Of a DNA stretch of 64,000 bases, positions 1-11,163 are shown piece by piece (the first letter of the stretch is position 1; every line of letters starts with the position of its first letter). The DNA lies in the NCBI GenBank assembly GCA_020184695.1, contig JAANOX010000108.1, positions 1 to 64,000 of the forward strand, read 5' to 3'. The notes beneath the pieces are model-generated. The model had not been told where the DNA came from. It did not search any database and worked only from the letters and a program-made list of their open reading frames with translations. The position numbers and the translations under genes are program-made. This stretch comes from Histomonas meleagridis 2922-C6/04-290x (Eukaryota > Protista > Parabasalia).

Positions 1-3000
1 TGATTTTTTTACATAACCAATATATTAATGATGGACATTTATCAAGAAATTCATTATTTGTTTTCCAATCTGCTTTTAAGAACTCTACATCATCAAATTT
101 AAGTTTACAAGGTTTAAATTTATCAAATTTTTCTGCAATATCAAACATATATAAAACAGTATTAAGAAGTACTCTTTTATCCATTTTTTCTATCGATAAA
201 AGATTCCTAATTAAGTTTTTAATATCTTCAAATTTTGGATTGTCATTATATCTTTTATCATACAACTCACGATATATTGAAGTAGCGATTCGAATTGCGC
301 ATTTAACAAAACTTTTGAAATTTTTATTCCTATGAATATCAGCCAAGTTTTGAATAACAGAGTTAAAATCATAGTTTTGAATAAACATTCCATTTTTAGC
401 TTTATTTTTTTTAGTAATATTGATAAACATAAATATAAGATCATTTGGTTGAAATTTTGGTAAAATTATTGAAAAATTAGGATTACATTCATTTGCAATT
501 TGAGAAGCCCATTGTATTTCTTCTCTCGATTTTTCTTTTCTTTCTATTAATTCATTTAATATTTCAGGAAGTTTTAATATTTCTTCATCTAGTTTATCTT
601 TATGCATTCTATAGATAAATGCAGCATTTAATGTAGAATACATTATTACAAAATATTTCGAATTTATTCCTGTTTTATTCACTGATTTATTTTTTAATAC
701 ACTATAAAATAATAATTTACTAACTTTTTCCATTTCAGGGAATTTATTTAATTCATATATACTATTTAAAATTGAGTCATTACTTTTATCTAATTGTTCA
801 AAAATATTAGAAATTTTGGAATACCATAAAAGATGTTCATAAATTTTAATTGAATTCTGTCTGATATTATTTAGATAAATTGCTGAAGGAATTGGCCAAA
901 GTATTATATTTGTGTCATTTGAATAATCATTCTTTTGAACATATTCTAGAAATTCTTTAACTTTTCGTTCACATAAATTATATATTTTAGTTGTAGGATC
1001 TTTAGATTTTTTATCCATATACTTTGTAATTTGTTTTTTCATAGTTTTAATTTCTTCTCTATCAATGTTAATATTGTTAAGATCATTTTTAAGTTTTTGA
1101 AACATTTCGATAAGGTTTGCTTTTTCTCTTTGATTAGATTTTTGATTAATAATTTTAATTAATGGTATTTTAGCTTTTTCAAGTAGTTCTATATAAGGTT
1201 CTGGATTCCATATTGATTTATCATTAAAAGTAACACTTTTAATTGTTGATATTTCATTATCGATATTAGATTTTTCATTTTCTGCTAAATTTTTATCAGG
1301 TTGATATAAATTACTTTTAATTCTCCATAATATTGAATTACGATTTCCAAATTTCCCTTTAAGTAATATATTTGTAAAATTCATGATTATATCTATATTA
1401 TATGTTTCAATTCTGTCTATCATTTTTGATAACGTTTGAAGCATTTCTTTTTCAAGAGGTTTAAGATTTGGTTCTAATTCATTAATATCATCTTTAGAAA
1501 ATGCAAATATTAAAGTCCATAAATTGCTAATCATATTTGAGTCAGCATAATTAAATAATAATGATAAATGTCCAAATTGATTCTTTCGTGGATTTTCGAC
1601 TGCTTTTGTTTTCATAATTCCACTTATAATCTTTTTATCAATATTTTTTGGATCTGAACATAATTTTTTACATAGTTCATAGACTATTTGATTTTTCTTG
1701 AAAACATCTGAATTACCTCCTTGAAAAGGATCAAACCCAGATTTTTTCTGATTAATCTCCAAGTGAATAGTTGTTTTAGAAAGCAACAAAGATTTTTCTT
1801 GAGCAAAAACAAATTCCGGATAAAAAATATTTTTCTTATTATTTTTCTTATTATTTCTCTTTTCTTCACCAGAAGAAAATTTATAAGTGTTATTATCAAC
1901 AATAACTATGAACTTTATATTTGCAAGATATAAATCCTTAAATAAAGGCAACCAATAACAAATATATTCGAATGGTTTAGAAATAAATTTATCATAAGGA
2001 AATATTTTTTCAATTAAAGGGATTAATTTCATATGTTTATGTAAATTTGAAATAAATATATTAAATACTCTTAAATTTTGATTATATATCAACATATTTG
2101 TTATTTTTATTATTTCAAAATTGGGTTTAAATAATTCAAATGGAATATATTGAGTTAAACATCGTGAACTTTCTTCTGTAGCAAATCGTAATAATAAATG
2201 AAACCTTAAAACTGGTTTTCGAATACTTTGATATGAAAGTAAATCTTTATCATTAAGTCTTATATTTGATACAACAGTTTCAATATCTTTAATTCCATCA
2301 ATAATATTTTCAAATATATTTGATATTATAAGAATCGAATAAAACTTTCCACAAATGAATTTTACATTGTTTGAATCAGTATTTACTATATCAAGTGCAT
2401 TTATTGTTTCTTTAATATGACGTTGTACTTCTTTGATATCACCAATTAAAATATATTTACATTTTTTAACAAAATCATAAAATGAAAAATCATTAAAAGG
2501 TTCTAAATCTTTAATGTATTTTTGAATTTGATATAAACATTTTAATACTTGTTCATTACGTTTTTTAACATTTGAGAAGTTAAATTTTGATATTAATTCT
2601 GAAGGTTCAGTACCAAACTTTTCAATCATTTGATTTTGAAAATTCATTTTTTTATTTTGATCAATATATGAATTCCAATATATTCTCATTGATTTCAAAA
2701 CAGATTGATATATATTTTCAGAAAGTACATTTTTATATTCTTCTTTATAATGAATGAAATTAAGAATTACGAATTTTAATGTTCTTCCTGTGAATTCAAT
2801 ATCTCCTGCAAATGAATCATGATCATTTTTACTTTCATTTTTAGCAAATGCATGCATAAGTGCCATTCTTGCACCAATTTGTATAGAAAGTTCATTTGGA
2901 TATAAGTTATTAACTAATGCACCAAATAATATTTGAGCTGAATATTCATCAATTGAATCAAATTGTGGAAGTGTGAATGAAAAACATTTGTTTAAAAATG

Positions 3001-6000
3001 ATTCATCAATTGTTTTATTTTCATTGATCGAAGTTGGATTATATGTAACAATTAAACGAAAATCTTTATGAATTGTACCTTCTTTTCTAGAGAAATAATA
3101 TTCTTTACCACGTTCATATAAATTAAGTTCTGGTTCATCACCACATAATGGAGAAATTTTTTCTGCAATTTCAGATGGTGCTGATTCTATCCCATCAATT
3201 AATACCATTTCTCCCTCTTTAATTGCTTTAATAAAATGAGAATCGATATGATTAAATCTATTTGCTGGTTGAATTACATCTTGGATTGAATATTTAGCTT
3301 TTTTAAGCTTTTCTTTTTGTTCTTCATTAAGTTTTTCTGGGTTCGATATAAGTTGTTCTATTTCTGCAAGAATATCTTTAAAATCTTTAGGTGTCCAATC
3401 TTCTGGTTTTTTGTTTAAAATTATTTTAATATCTTTTTTAAGTTCTTTAATATCCATAATTTCAATTAATTTTTGGTTTAATAACATTATATCTCTATCA
3501 GATATTTTGTTGTCAAGAATTGATTGACCTGTTAAAATTGAAACTCCAGTATCTACATTCATTTGATAAATATTAAGCTTTTTACCAATCATTTTAGCAA
3601 ATAATCGAATTGTATGTGATTTACCTGATGCAGTATTACCTTGGATAACACATGCACGATTTACTAGATAACAACAAGCTAAAAATACTAAGCAATGTTT
3701 TTCTGGAAGAGTTAAACAATTTATAATTGCTTGAATCTCTTCAGGATCAATATTTTCTGGATTAATTGGTAAAACAATTCCAGTTTTACTTTCTTGAGAT
3801 AAACGAATTAATAAAATTTTATTGTTTAAATTATACATAAACACAGGATTAAATTTCATATCTGTTAGTAAAAGTTTTGATAATACTTTTTGAATAATTT
3901 CTTCTTGAGTAAAACGATATGCAAATAACATTTGAGAAATTATTGTTTCATCAAAAGATTTATAAGTTAAACTTCTAAAAAGAATATATTTTGATATATC
4001 ATTTAATGTTAATTTTTGATTTATGTTATATTCAAAACAAATTCGATTTGTATCTAAATAATGTTCAAAGAATATACTTGCTTCATCCAAAAATGGTAAT
4101 CCACGAAATTTCTCCAAAATTATATCATGAATATCTTCTTTATCAGGATCATATACGATATGATAAATCGATGAATATATTAATGAACTAGGTAAATTTT
4201 CACGAAAAGAAAATCCATTTTGAGGATTAAATATTGCAACAAGTTTCATTTTACCTTTTTCAAGTGTTGAACCATTTGGTAATAAAACATGTTTTTGATT
4301 CGTATCAAAAATGCTTACCATTACTTCCAAAACAGCAGGTGATGCATTATTTATATTATGAAACACAATTATTGAATTAGAACTTTCTGCCTTAATTGCT
4401 TTAACAAGTTTTGTTTCAATCATATTAACATGAATATGACCATTATCTCGATTAATTGTAATCTTACCTAAAAGATCTTCAACTTTTGTTGATTGAGCAA
4501 TAATGATATTTACTACTTTATACCCGAAAAGATTTGCTATGTAATTAATTGCTGTTTGTTTACCTTGTCCAGGTTTACCTTCAATTATTACTGGTGTATT
4601 TGTAATTAATCCTAAATGAAGAATATCAACCATTTCTGTGAATTTTCCAGTATATGCAATTTTAGGATGTTCATTATATTCATATGTAGTTTCTATAAAT
4701 AAACCAGTAATGTTTGATTTATAGCCTTGATAACCATTTTCTTCACATCTTTCAAGTGGTCTTGCTTTAAAGTTTTGGAATGAATTTGATGAATTAATTT
4801 GTAAATTTGAGAATAAATCTAAAAGTTTTTCTCTTTGTTCTTGATGTTCTAATAAACCAGAACTTAATCGATAAAGAATTATTCCAAGATTAGTTTTTAT
4901 TTGTTCTTCTGTATTTTTAGTTATTCGATTTAATTTTTTCAACATTTCAATAGTTTTAAGTATTTGTTGGAATTTAAATTGTTTATCGAATTTATCATTA
5001 AATTCTTGAGAAAAGTTTTGAAGTAATGTAATTTGTAAATCATTACAACCCAAATGATTAATTTTTATGTAATTTTGTAAAACAATTTTTTGTTCATCAA
5101 TTGTATAATCAAATGCAGCAATTACAGAAAAACGTGATAAAACTGCTTCTGATAATTTCGATGGTGAATTTACTGGACATGTTGCTATAATACGAAAACT
5201 TGAGTTAAAATCAGTTAATTCTTTATTATTTTTTGATGTAAATGTATTATGAATATCTTCAGTTAAAGTTATACTATGTTTATCTGATAATGTTTCATTA
5301 AATCGTTCAAGTACTATTGTTGGAAGATTTGCTAAATTCTTCAATATTAATGACTTTCTTTCAAGGATAACAGATAAAAATAATCCCGGTCTAAATTCTA
5401 GAACAATACTTGATATAACGCAATTATTTTCATTTTCTTTCTTAAAAAGCTTTTTTATTAAATGATTAAGTGCATATTCAAATGATTCTGGTATAATACT
5501 ATCTTTAGTAAGTGTTAAAACTTCTTCTTCTTTTAATGTATTATTTAATAATTTTTCTTGAAGTTCATTATGTTCATTATCTAAATGACATATTTTACAT
5601 ATATAATCTAAATAAAATAATTTTGCTTCTGTCGGTTCAAAGAAACCAGAAGAACCTAATAATTGTGATATTGATGATTCTTGATTTAAAGTAATTACTT
5701 TTGCATTTCTTAAAAATTGTTTTGCTAAAAATGTTTTATAACCTGAATTACCCATTAATAAAATTGGTTCACTTGGATCTGCTAATAATATTTGAAATGC
5801 AGTATTTAATAAAGAATATAATTTTGAAAGATTTTGATTTTTTATATCAAAATGAAATGCATCAAGAGAAATTTCTAAGTTTCCTTTTGCAATAAACATT
5901 CTTCCATTAATATTCTTAATTTGAGGTTTTGCTAAATAACTTTTCTTTAATTCTACTCCAATTTTATGGTCAAGATGAAATACATGAATAATTAAATTAA

Positions 6001-9000
6001 TTATAATATCCAAAAAATCTTTTATATCATTTTCATTTACAGGTGCTAATGTATAATAAAGAATATTATGATAATATTTTATGTTATAATAATTTTTATC
6101 ATTTATATCTTGATAACGTATACGTTGAAATATCTTTGTAATATCTCTAAGTGACCATTTAGGAATAATAGTTTGTGGTATTTTGTTTAAATTTATCATA
6201 TATTTCCCAATTAATTTTGCATCATCTTCATTAATCATATGCATTTCTTCTCCTGTTTTATAACAACTTTCAGCAATTTTAACACAAATTTTTGAAATAT
6301 CACTTTCTCCTTGTTCTGGATATGTAAAATATCTAAATCGTGAAGAAATCGATTCAGGAATTACATTACGTCCAAGTGTACCAAGTTCATTTTGACAAGC
6401 AATAAAGAAGAAATTCTTATTAACACTAATTGATTCACCTACACCAGGTATAAATATTCTTCCACCTATACAAGGTTCTAATGCAGGTGCTAACGTTTTC
6501 ATACATCCTGGTGTTGATAAATTCATTTCATCGGCAATAAAAGTTAAACCTTCTTTCATAGAAACTGTTAAAGTTCCATTATAAAAATAAATTTTCCCAT
6601 TTTTAATTGTAGTTGTACCATAAAAATGATTCGGCTTTGTACCTGCATGAAATGAATGCATTTGGAATTTAGTATTATAATTTGTTTGAATTTTACGTAA
6701 TGATGCAAATGCTCGAGCTGCAGATGTTTTACCTGCACCTGTAGGACCTGAAACACATACTGGTAAACCTATCAATGAAGCAGCATATATTTTTGTCATG
6801 AATTCACAAAGAGGTGGTGAATCCATAAAGAAGAACTGACTATTATTAATTTTATCTTCTGTTAACAATCCAAATAAATAATTTTGAATATCTTTATTTG
6901 GCTTAAAATCTTCATTTTTCTTTAACATATTAATTGAAAACTCAACAATATCTTTTTGTTGAATTCCACTATCAGATAATAAATTGGAATATATGACAAC
7001 AGCTTTACATAAAAATGCAAGCCAATACATTGTAATTTCTGATTTTGAAATTTTTTTATATACTTCATCAATTAAATTAGGAGTTAATTCGGGTGACTTT
7101 ATTTTTTGTTCATTATGAACTTCTTCTGGTTGATGATTATCAGAACTTTGTAAATCTTCTTCTTTTTCATCATTAATTATAATTTCTTCATTATCATTAT
7201 CATCATTAATTATAATTTCTTCATAATCATTATTAATACTATATTCATTATCACTATATTCATTATCATTATCATCAAAAAATACTATTTCTTCATCATC
7301 ATTTTCACTTCCTTGATCTTTAACTTCTTCATTAGTTTGTTCAAATTTATTAAAACGATTCATTAACATTTGGATAAGTTCCTTCATAGATTTTTCATTT
7401 AATGAATCTAATTGATTTTCAAGTACAATTACATCAAATCTATTTAAAAATGCAGGTGAAATTAAATGTAATTTGTCGATATTGCAAGTACATATAAGTA
7501 AAAAGTTCTTGTGAATTGGAATTTGATTTTTTTGTGGATTTTCAGGTATATCAAACATTTTTTGTTCTTTATCATTATATTTTTCATCGAGTGCACTATT
7601 TAATCTTTCAGTTACAGTCGACGTAGCTTCATCAACATCATCAAGAACAGGACTTCCACCAGATTCCATTGCAAGTGTAAGAAATCCATCTTTCCATTGA
7701 ATTAATTCTTTTCCTGCAAAATTTCCAGATTTAGTATTTTCAATTGGTTTTTGTTTCCCTATTAAATCAGAACATTTTGTTTCTTCTGTGCATAAACAAT
7801 AAAGTTCTTTTTTAGGATTATAATTGTTGTTTTGTTTATCACGATATTCTGAAACCCATTTTGAAACTGATGTTTTACCACATCCTTTTGGACCCGTAAT
7901 TAATATATGTCTATGATTTTTAATGGAAAAGAGAATTGATTTTAATGCAAATGTAAGTGATTCATTACGAAAACATTCAGGAAAATCATTTGGATATTGA
8001 AATATATTATTTTTCTTTTGGTTTAAATATGGATATTTTTGTAATGTTGTCTCAAGTTCATCTCGAAGCTTTTTAGGATATCGTGCACCATAAATTGTCA
8101 TAATAGTATCATATATATCTGCTCCATCTGCAAGTGCTTTAACTGTTGCAGCAATCTCTCTTACTGTAAAACAAAAAATATCTTCTGCAATGTCTGGTTT
8201 TTCAGACCATTCCATATGAAAATCAACAAGTTGTTCAATAATTTCATTTCTAGATTTATATTTAAATTTTTTAGCTAATCCTAGACCAATTTTTAAAAGT
8301 TCTTCTTTTGTAAATTCTGGGAAATTAATTATTTGAAATCTTGATAAAAATTTGGGACCTAAATCTTGTCTTTTGTTTGCAAATAATCCTTTATTAGGAT
8401 TTTGTGTTGCAATAAGTCTAAAATCTGGATGAATTTTAATTTGTTCTAAGGGCATTCCAGGAATTTCTACACTAATGATACCACTATCAAGTGCTTCTTC
8501 AATACATTGTAACACTACTGGTGATGCTAAATTAATTTCATCTAATAATAACCAGTAACCATTTTTACATGCTTGCAAAAATGGACCTGGTTTAACTACT
8601 ATACCAGCCCATGAATTTGGTTCGCCTACATATCGACCAAATAAATCGCATGTTTTAGTTTCAGAACTTAAATTAAAACGTATTAATTTCTTTTTCATTA
8701 ATTTACAAATTATTTCTGTACTAAGTGTTTTGGATGTACCAGTTGGACCTTCAAGTAATACTGGGATTCCTACTTTTAAACAATCAAAAATTTTGGCTAA
8801 TCGATCTTTTGCACCTTCAGTAAATATAAAATTCTCATTTTCAAGGTCATTTTCATTAAGCAAAAATTCAGTTGGTTCTTTAGCACATGTTTCAATCTGC
8901 TTTATAATTGGATTAAAATCTATATTTGAATTTTCGTTGAAAAAAGGATCAGAATATAAACTAAATTTTTTTTCTTTTTTCTTTTCTTTAGTTTCCTTTT

Positions 9001-10120
9001 GTATTGATTCTTTCTGACTTTCCTCCTTTTCATTATTCTCATTTTGACTATCTAAAATAGTAGTTATATAAAGATTTGCTTGTTCGTTTCCTTCATTTGC
9101 TGCTTTTTGTATATATTTTATTCCTTCGATTTCACTTTTAGCTGTTGGCTTTTCCTCATAAAGTTTAATTCCATATTGAAACATTTCATATATATTTCCT
9201 TCATCAGCCATTTTCTTCTTTTTTAATAAATCTTCTGATATAACTTGTTCATCAGAAGTTATTTTTGATATATATTCGTTATAACTTGGAATTTCATCAT
9301 TTGTTTGCTTTTTATTAATGTTTGAAAGAAATTCCTCGATAATATCAAAAGATGGACGTGATTCAGGTGTTTTTTCTAAACATTTTTTAATTAAATTACG
9401 AATTTCATTTGGTAATTTTGTTGGTATCAATGGTTTTGCTTTATTTGTTGTAATAGCTTCAAACAAATTTTCCTTTTTTATTCGACCTGCATAAACATCA
9501 AAGTTTGAAGTAAGTAGTTGTAACATTAAAATACCAAATGAGTAGACGTCAGAATAATAAGAATAGGCACCACTTAAAAGAACTTCAGGAGCCATAGAAA
9601 TCATTACATTTAAATGATCAGAGATATCATTTTTGAAATCAATAGGATAAATATTATAAAACATAAAATCAGAAATAATTGGACTAAAATCATCACTAAC
9701 AAATATATTAAATAATGTTAATCTACCATGAATAATCTCTTTCTCATGTAAAGACTTCATAAATGAAGCAATTCCATATAATATCTTGATATTAGGAGAC
9801 CAACCTTTAGGTTCATTCCCATCTTGTAATATACTTAAGTAGATATACAAGGATCTATTTTCATAATATGGCATAATAAATCCGCCTGGATTTGACGTGT
9901 TGGGTTTAATAACTTGAAGAATCTCAACCTTGTTTGGGTGATTAAATTCAAGGTATTCATTGTATACTTTATCAAAATTTTTAAAACTTTGTGGGATCTT
10001 TCTTATGATATAGATATCATTACATCTTTGTTGTTTTGGTTTTACTTTTATTGTGTTTCCATTGCCTAATTCGCTGATGGTTTCGAAATCATCAAGAGAA
10101 GTTGTTGGATCGAACATCAT
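1..10120 (-). CDS. Giant (>3370 aa, 3'-partial) protein: N-terminal pseudokinase, SEL1-like segment and six midasin/dynein-type AAA+ modules
   Basis: ATG at 10120 (MMFDPTTSLDDFETISELG). The same frame was checked at several points and is still open at base 1 (…NNEFLDKCPSLIYWLCKKI), which probably explains its absence from the ORF track. Kinase-like motifs: IIHGRLTLFNIFV, ISDFMF, MAPE, SDVYSFGILM. Walker A motifs: GPTGTSKT (8749-8726), GPKGCGKT (7894-7871), GPTGAGKT (6748-6725), GKPGQGKQ (~4579-4556), GNTASGKS (3640-3617). Walker B motifs: LLLDEINLA, VLDDVDEA, IADEMNL. A degenerate module lies at ~5300-5500. Confidence 0.85.
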   Translation of the reverse strand, partial: MMFDPTTSLDDFETISELGNGNTIKVKPKQQRCNDIYIIRKIPQSFKNFDKVYNEYLEFNHPNKVEILQVIKPNTSNPGGFIMPYYENRSLYIYLSILQDGNEPKGWSPNIKILYGIASFMKSLHEKEIIHGRLTLFNIFVSDDFSPIISDFMFYNIYPIDFKNDISDHLNVMISMAPEVLLSGAYSYYSDVYSFGILMLQLLTSNFDVYAGRIKKENLFEAITTNKAKPLIPTKLPNEIRNLIKKCLEKTPESRPSFDIIEEFLSNINKKQTNDEIPSYNEYISKITSDEQVISEDLLKKKKMADEGNIYEMFQYGIKLYEEKPTAKSEIEGIKYIQKAANEGNEQANLYITTILDSQNENNEKEESQKESIQKETKEKKKEKKFSLYSDPFFNENSNIDFNPIIKQIETCAKEPTEFLLNENDLENENFIFTEGAKDRLAKIFDCLKVGIPVLLEGPTGTSKTLSTEIICKLMKKKLIRFNLSSETKTCDLFGRYVGEPNSWAGIVVKPGPFLQACKNGYWLLLDEINLASPVVLQCIEEALDSGIISVEIPGMPLEQIKIHPDFRLIATQNPNKGLFANKRQDLGPKFLSRFQIINFPEFTKEELLKIGLGLAKKFKYKSRNEIIEQLVDFHMEWSEKPDIAEDIFCFTVREIAATVKALADGADIYDTIMTIYGARYPKKLRDELETTLQKYPYLNQKKNNIFQYPNDFPECFRNESLTFALKSILFSIKNHRHILITGPKGCGKTSVSKWVSEYRDKQNNNYNPKKELYCLCTEETKCSDLIGKQKPIENTKSGNFAGKELIQWKDGFLTLAMESGGSPVLDDVDEATSTVTERLNSALDEKYNDKEQKMFDIPENPQKNQIPIHKNFLLICTCNIDKLHLISPAFLNRFDVIVLENQLDSLNEKSMKELIQMLMNRFNKFEQTNEEVKDQGSENDDEEIVFFDDNDNEYSDNEYSINNDYEEIIINDDNDNEEIIINDEKEEDLQSSDNHQPEEVHNEQKIKSPELTPNLIDEVYKKISKSEITMYWLAFLCKAVVIYSNLLSDSGIQQKDIVEFSINMLKKNEDFKPNKDIQNYLFGLLTEDKINNSQFFFMDSPPLCEFMTKIYAASLIGLPVCVSGPTGAGKTSAARAFASLRKIQTNYNTKFQMHSFHAGTKPNHFYGTTTIKNGKIYFYNGTLTVSMKEGLTFIADEMNLSTPGCMKTLAPALEPCIGGRIFIPGVGESISVNKNFFFIACQNELGTLGRNVIPESISSRFRYFTYPEQGESDISKICVKIAESCYKTGEEMHMINEDDAKLIGKYMINLNKIPQTIIPKWSLRDITKIFQRIRYQDINDKNYYNIKYYHNILYYTLAPVNENDIKDFLDIIINLIIHVFHLDHKIGVELKKSYLAKPQIKNINGRMFIAKGNLEISLDAFHFDIKNQNLSKLYSLLNTAFQILLADPSEPILLMGNSGYKTFLAKQFLRNAKVITLNQESSISQLLGSSGFFEPTEAKLFYLDYICKICHLDNEHNELQEKLLNNTLKEEEVLTLTKDSIIPESFEYALNHLIKKLFKKENENNCVISSIVLEFRPGLFLSVILERKSLILKNLANLPTIVLERFNETLSDKHSITLTEDIHNTFTSKNNKELTDFNSSFRIIATCPVNSPSKLSEAVLSRFSVIAAFDYTIDEQKIVLQNYIKINHLGCNDLQITLLQNFSQEFNDKFDKQFKFQQILKTIEMLKKLNRITKNTEEQIKTNLGIILYRLSSGLLEHQEQREKLLDLFSNLQINSSNSFQNFKARPLERCEENGYQGYKSNITGLFIETTYEYNEHPKIAYTGKFTEMVDILHLGLITNTPVIIEGKPGQGKQTAINYIANLFGYKVVNIIIAQSTKVEDLLGKITINRDNGHIHVNMIETKLVKAIKAESSNSIIVFHNINNASPAVLEVMVSIFDTNQKHVLLPNGSTLEKGKMKLVAIFNPQNGFSFRENLPSSLIYSSIYHIVYDPDKEDIHDIILEKFRGLPFLDEASIFFEHYLDTNRICFEYNINQKLTLNDISKYILFRSLTYKSFDETIISQMLFAYRFTQEEIIQKVLSKLLLTDMKFNPVFMYNLNNKILLIRLSQESKTGIVLPINPENIDPEEIQAIINCLTLPEKHCLVFLACCYLVNRACVIQGNTASGKSHTIRLFAKMIGKKLNIYQMNVDTGVSILTGQSILDNKISDRDIMLLNQKLIEIMDIKELKKDIKIILNKKPEDWTPKDFKDILAEIEQLISNPEKLNEEQKEKLKKAKYSIQDVIQPANRFNHIDSHFIKAIKEGEMVLIDGIESAPSEIAEKISPLCGDEPELNLYERGKEYYFSRKEGTIHKDFRLIVTYNPTSINENKTIDESFLNKCFSFTLPQFDSIDEYSAQILFGALVNNLYPNELSIQIGARMALMHAFAKNESKNDHDSFAGDIEFTGRTLKFVILNFIHYKEEYKNVLSENIYQSVLKSMRIYWNSYIDQNKKMNFQNQMIEKFGTEPSELISKFNFSNVKKRNEQVLKCLYQIQKYIKDLEPFNDFSFYDFVKKCKYILIGDIKEVQRHIKETINALDIVNTDSNNVKFICGKFYSILIISNIFENIIDGIKDIETVVSNIRLNDKDLLSYQSIRKPVLRFHLLLRFATEESSRCLTQYIPFELFKPNFEIIKITNMLIYNQNLRVFNIFISNLHKHMKLIPLIEKIFPYDKFISKPFEYICYWLPLFKDLYLANIKFIVIVDNNTYKFSSGEEKRNNKKNNKKNIFYPEFVFAQEKSLLLSKTTIHLEINQKKSGFDPFQGGNSDVFKKNQIVYELCKKLCSDPKNIDKKIISGIMKTKAVENPRKNQFGHLSLLFNYADSNMISNLWTLIFAFSKDDINELEPNLKPLEKEMLQTLSKMIDRIETYNIDIIMNFTNILLKGKFGNRNSILWRIKSNLYQPDKNLAENEKSNIDNEISTIKSVTFNDKSIWNPEPYIELLEKAKIPLIKIINQKSNQREKANLIEMFQKLKNDLNNINIDREEIKTMKKQITKYMDKKSKDPTTKIYNLCERKVKEFLEYVQKNDYSNDTNIILWPIPSAIYLNNIRQNSIKIYEHLLWYSKISNIFEQLDKSNDSILNSIYELNKFPEMEKVSKLLFYSVLKNKSVNKTGINSKYFVIMYSTLNAAFIYRMHKDKLDEEILKLPEILNELIERKEKSREEIQWASQIANECNPNFSIILPKFQPNDLIFMFINITKKNKAKNGMFIQNYDFNSVIQNLADIHRNKNFKSFVKCAIRIATSIYRELYDKRYNDNPKFEDIKNLIRNLLSIEKMDKRVLLNTVLYMFDIAEKFDKFKPCKLKFDDVEFLKADWKTNNEFLDKCPSLIYWLCKKI

Positions 10121-10868
10121 AAGAAAATGAAGAGATAACTTTTTCAAGTAATAACAACTAATGTTATCACAAAAATTATTATGAAAAAATTGGCAAAAAT
10201 TATATTTGATTTTTATTGGAACTTCTAATTTTGTAATTAGTTTTTTATATTCTTCTTGAAAAAAATATATGATATTAGAAAATATGATGTATCTAATCAT
10301 AATAGACTTTTTAATTATAATTATTAGACATCATTGTATATTTGATATGTTTCTTTACTAACATTTTTCTTATTTTTTTTTTTAATTTTTATGTAGATTT
10401 TCAAAAAATGCCAGCAATTCATCTCATTCAAATTAACTATATGAATGTTTTAAAAACATAATTGAATGCATCCTCAAAAAAATTCAATGGTAGCAAAAAA
10501 AATTTTGTGATCGATCACTAATTTTCTGAAGTTTACATAATGAAATGAACGAATTGTATACAATATAGTTACTATAGTTAGCAAAGTAGTTACGAATTTC
10601 CAATATATATTTGTTTGGGTCTATATTCATATTAAAATTCGAATTTATAGGATATAAAAAAATGTACATTTTTTAGATGTACATCGAAATTTGAACGAAT
10701 ATTTTATGATTGATTCAATAGGTAAAAAAAAAATTTCTTCACATAGTGTTATTGAGCATAATTTAAAAAAAAGTAAAATAAATACAAAAACAATCTTAAT
10801 ATTATTTTTACACAGTTTATAATATGCTTACGTATGTAATATCAAACTTATCTTCAGAAAGAAATAAT

Positions 10869-11163
10869 GGGTGGATTGGTGTAATCCCAGTCTGTAAAGT
10901 GTACTCTACCCTTAGAATTCAGGCGTTGTAACTGCTGTGGTGATAGGTAAATTAGCTTTGTGTTGAGTGCCCTCCCACCAGGTAAATCTGATGTATCATG
11001 TACTCTTGCGAAGGCAAGCTGGGGAGAGATACGATTAAAGAAAATCGCAATGCGTGAGGCCGGTAAACGGAACAGCGAATAGATTTCCAGATTCTACGGT
11101 GCGTGGATTCTGGGCGTGAGCAAACTATTACTTCCCTCCTGCAGCAGGATTGCAGCCACTGTT
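10869..11163 (+). ncRNA. Signal recognition particle (7SL/SRP) RNA
   Basis: GC-rich ~295-nt non-coding island. It has the Alu-domain motif TGTAATCCCAG near the 5' end, a helix-6-like hairpin CTTGC-GAAG-GCAAG (GNAR loop) and a helix-8-like GAGG-CCG-GTAAA-CGG-AACAG (compare CAGG-NCN-GNRA-NGN-AGCAG). The 3' GGATTGCAGCCAC can pair with the 5' end. A T9 Pol III terminator follows at 11162-11170. Confidence 0.8.

Noticed and set aside
211-9017. Short ORFs in the track (211, 1684, 1721, 3991, 5512, 5701, 6568, 8730)
   Set aside because: Shadow or antisense frames of the giant AAA+ gene with no recognisable motifs.
1-10120. Stop-codon reassignment or a gene desert explaining the lack of long ORFs in the first 10 kb
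   Set aside because: One standard-code frame was stop-free wherever checked and simply leaves the window. Other genes end in TAA, TAG or TGA normally.
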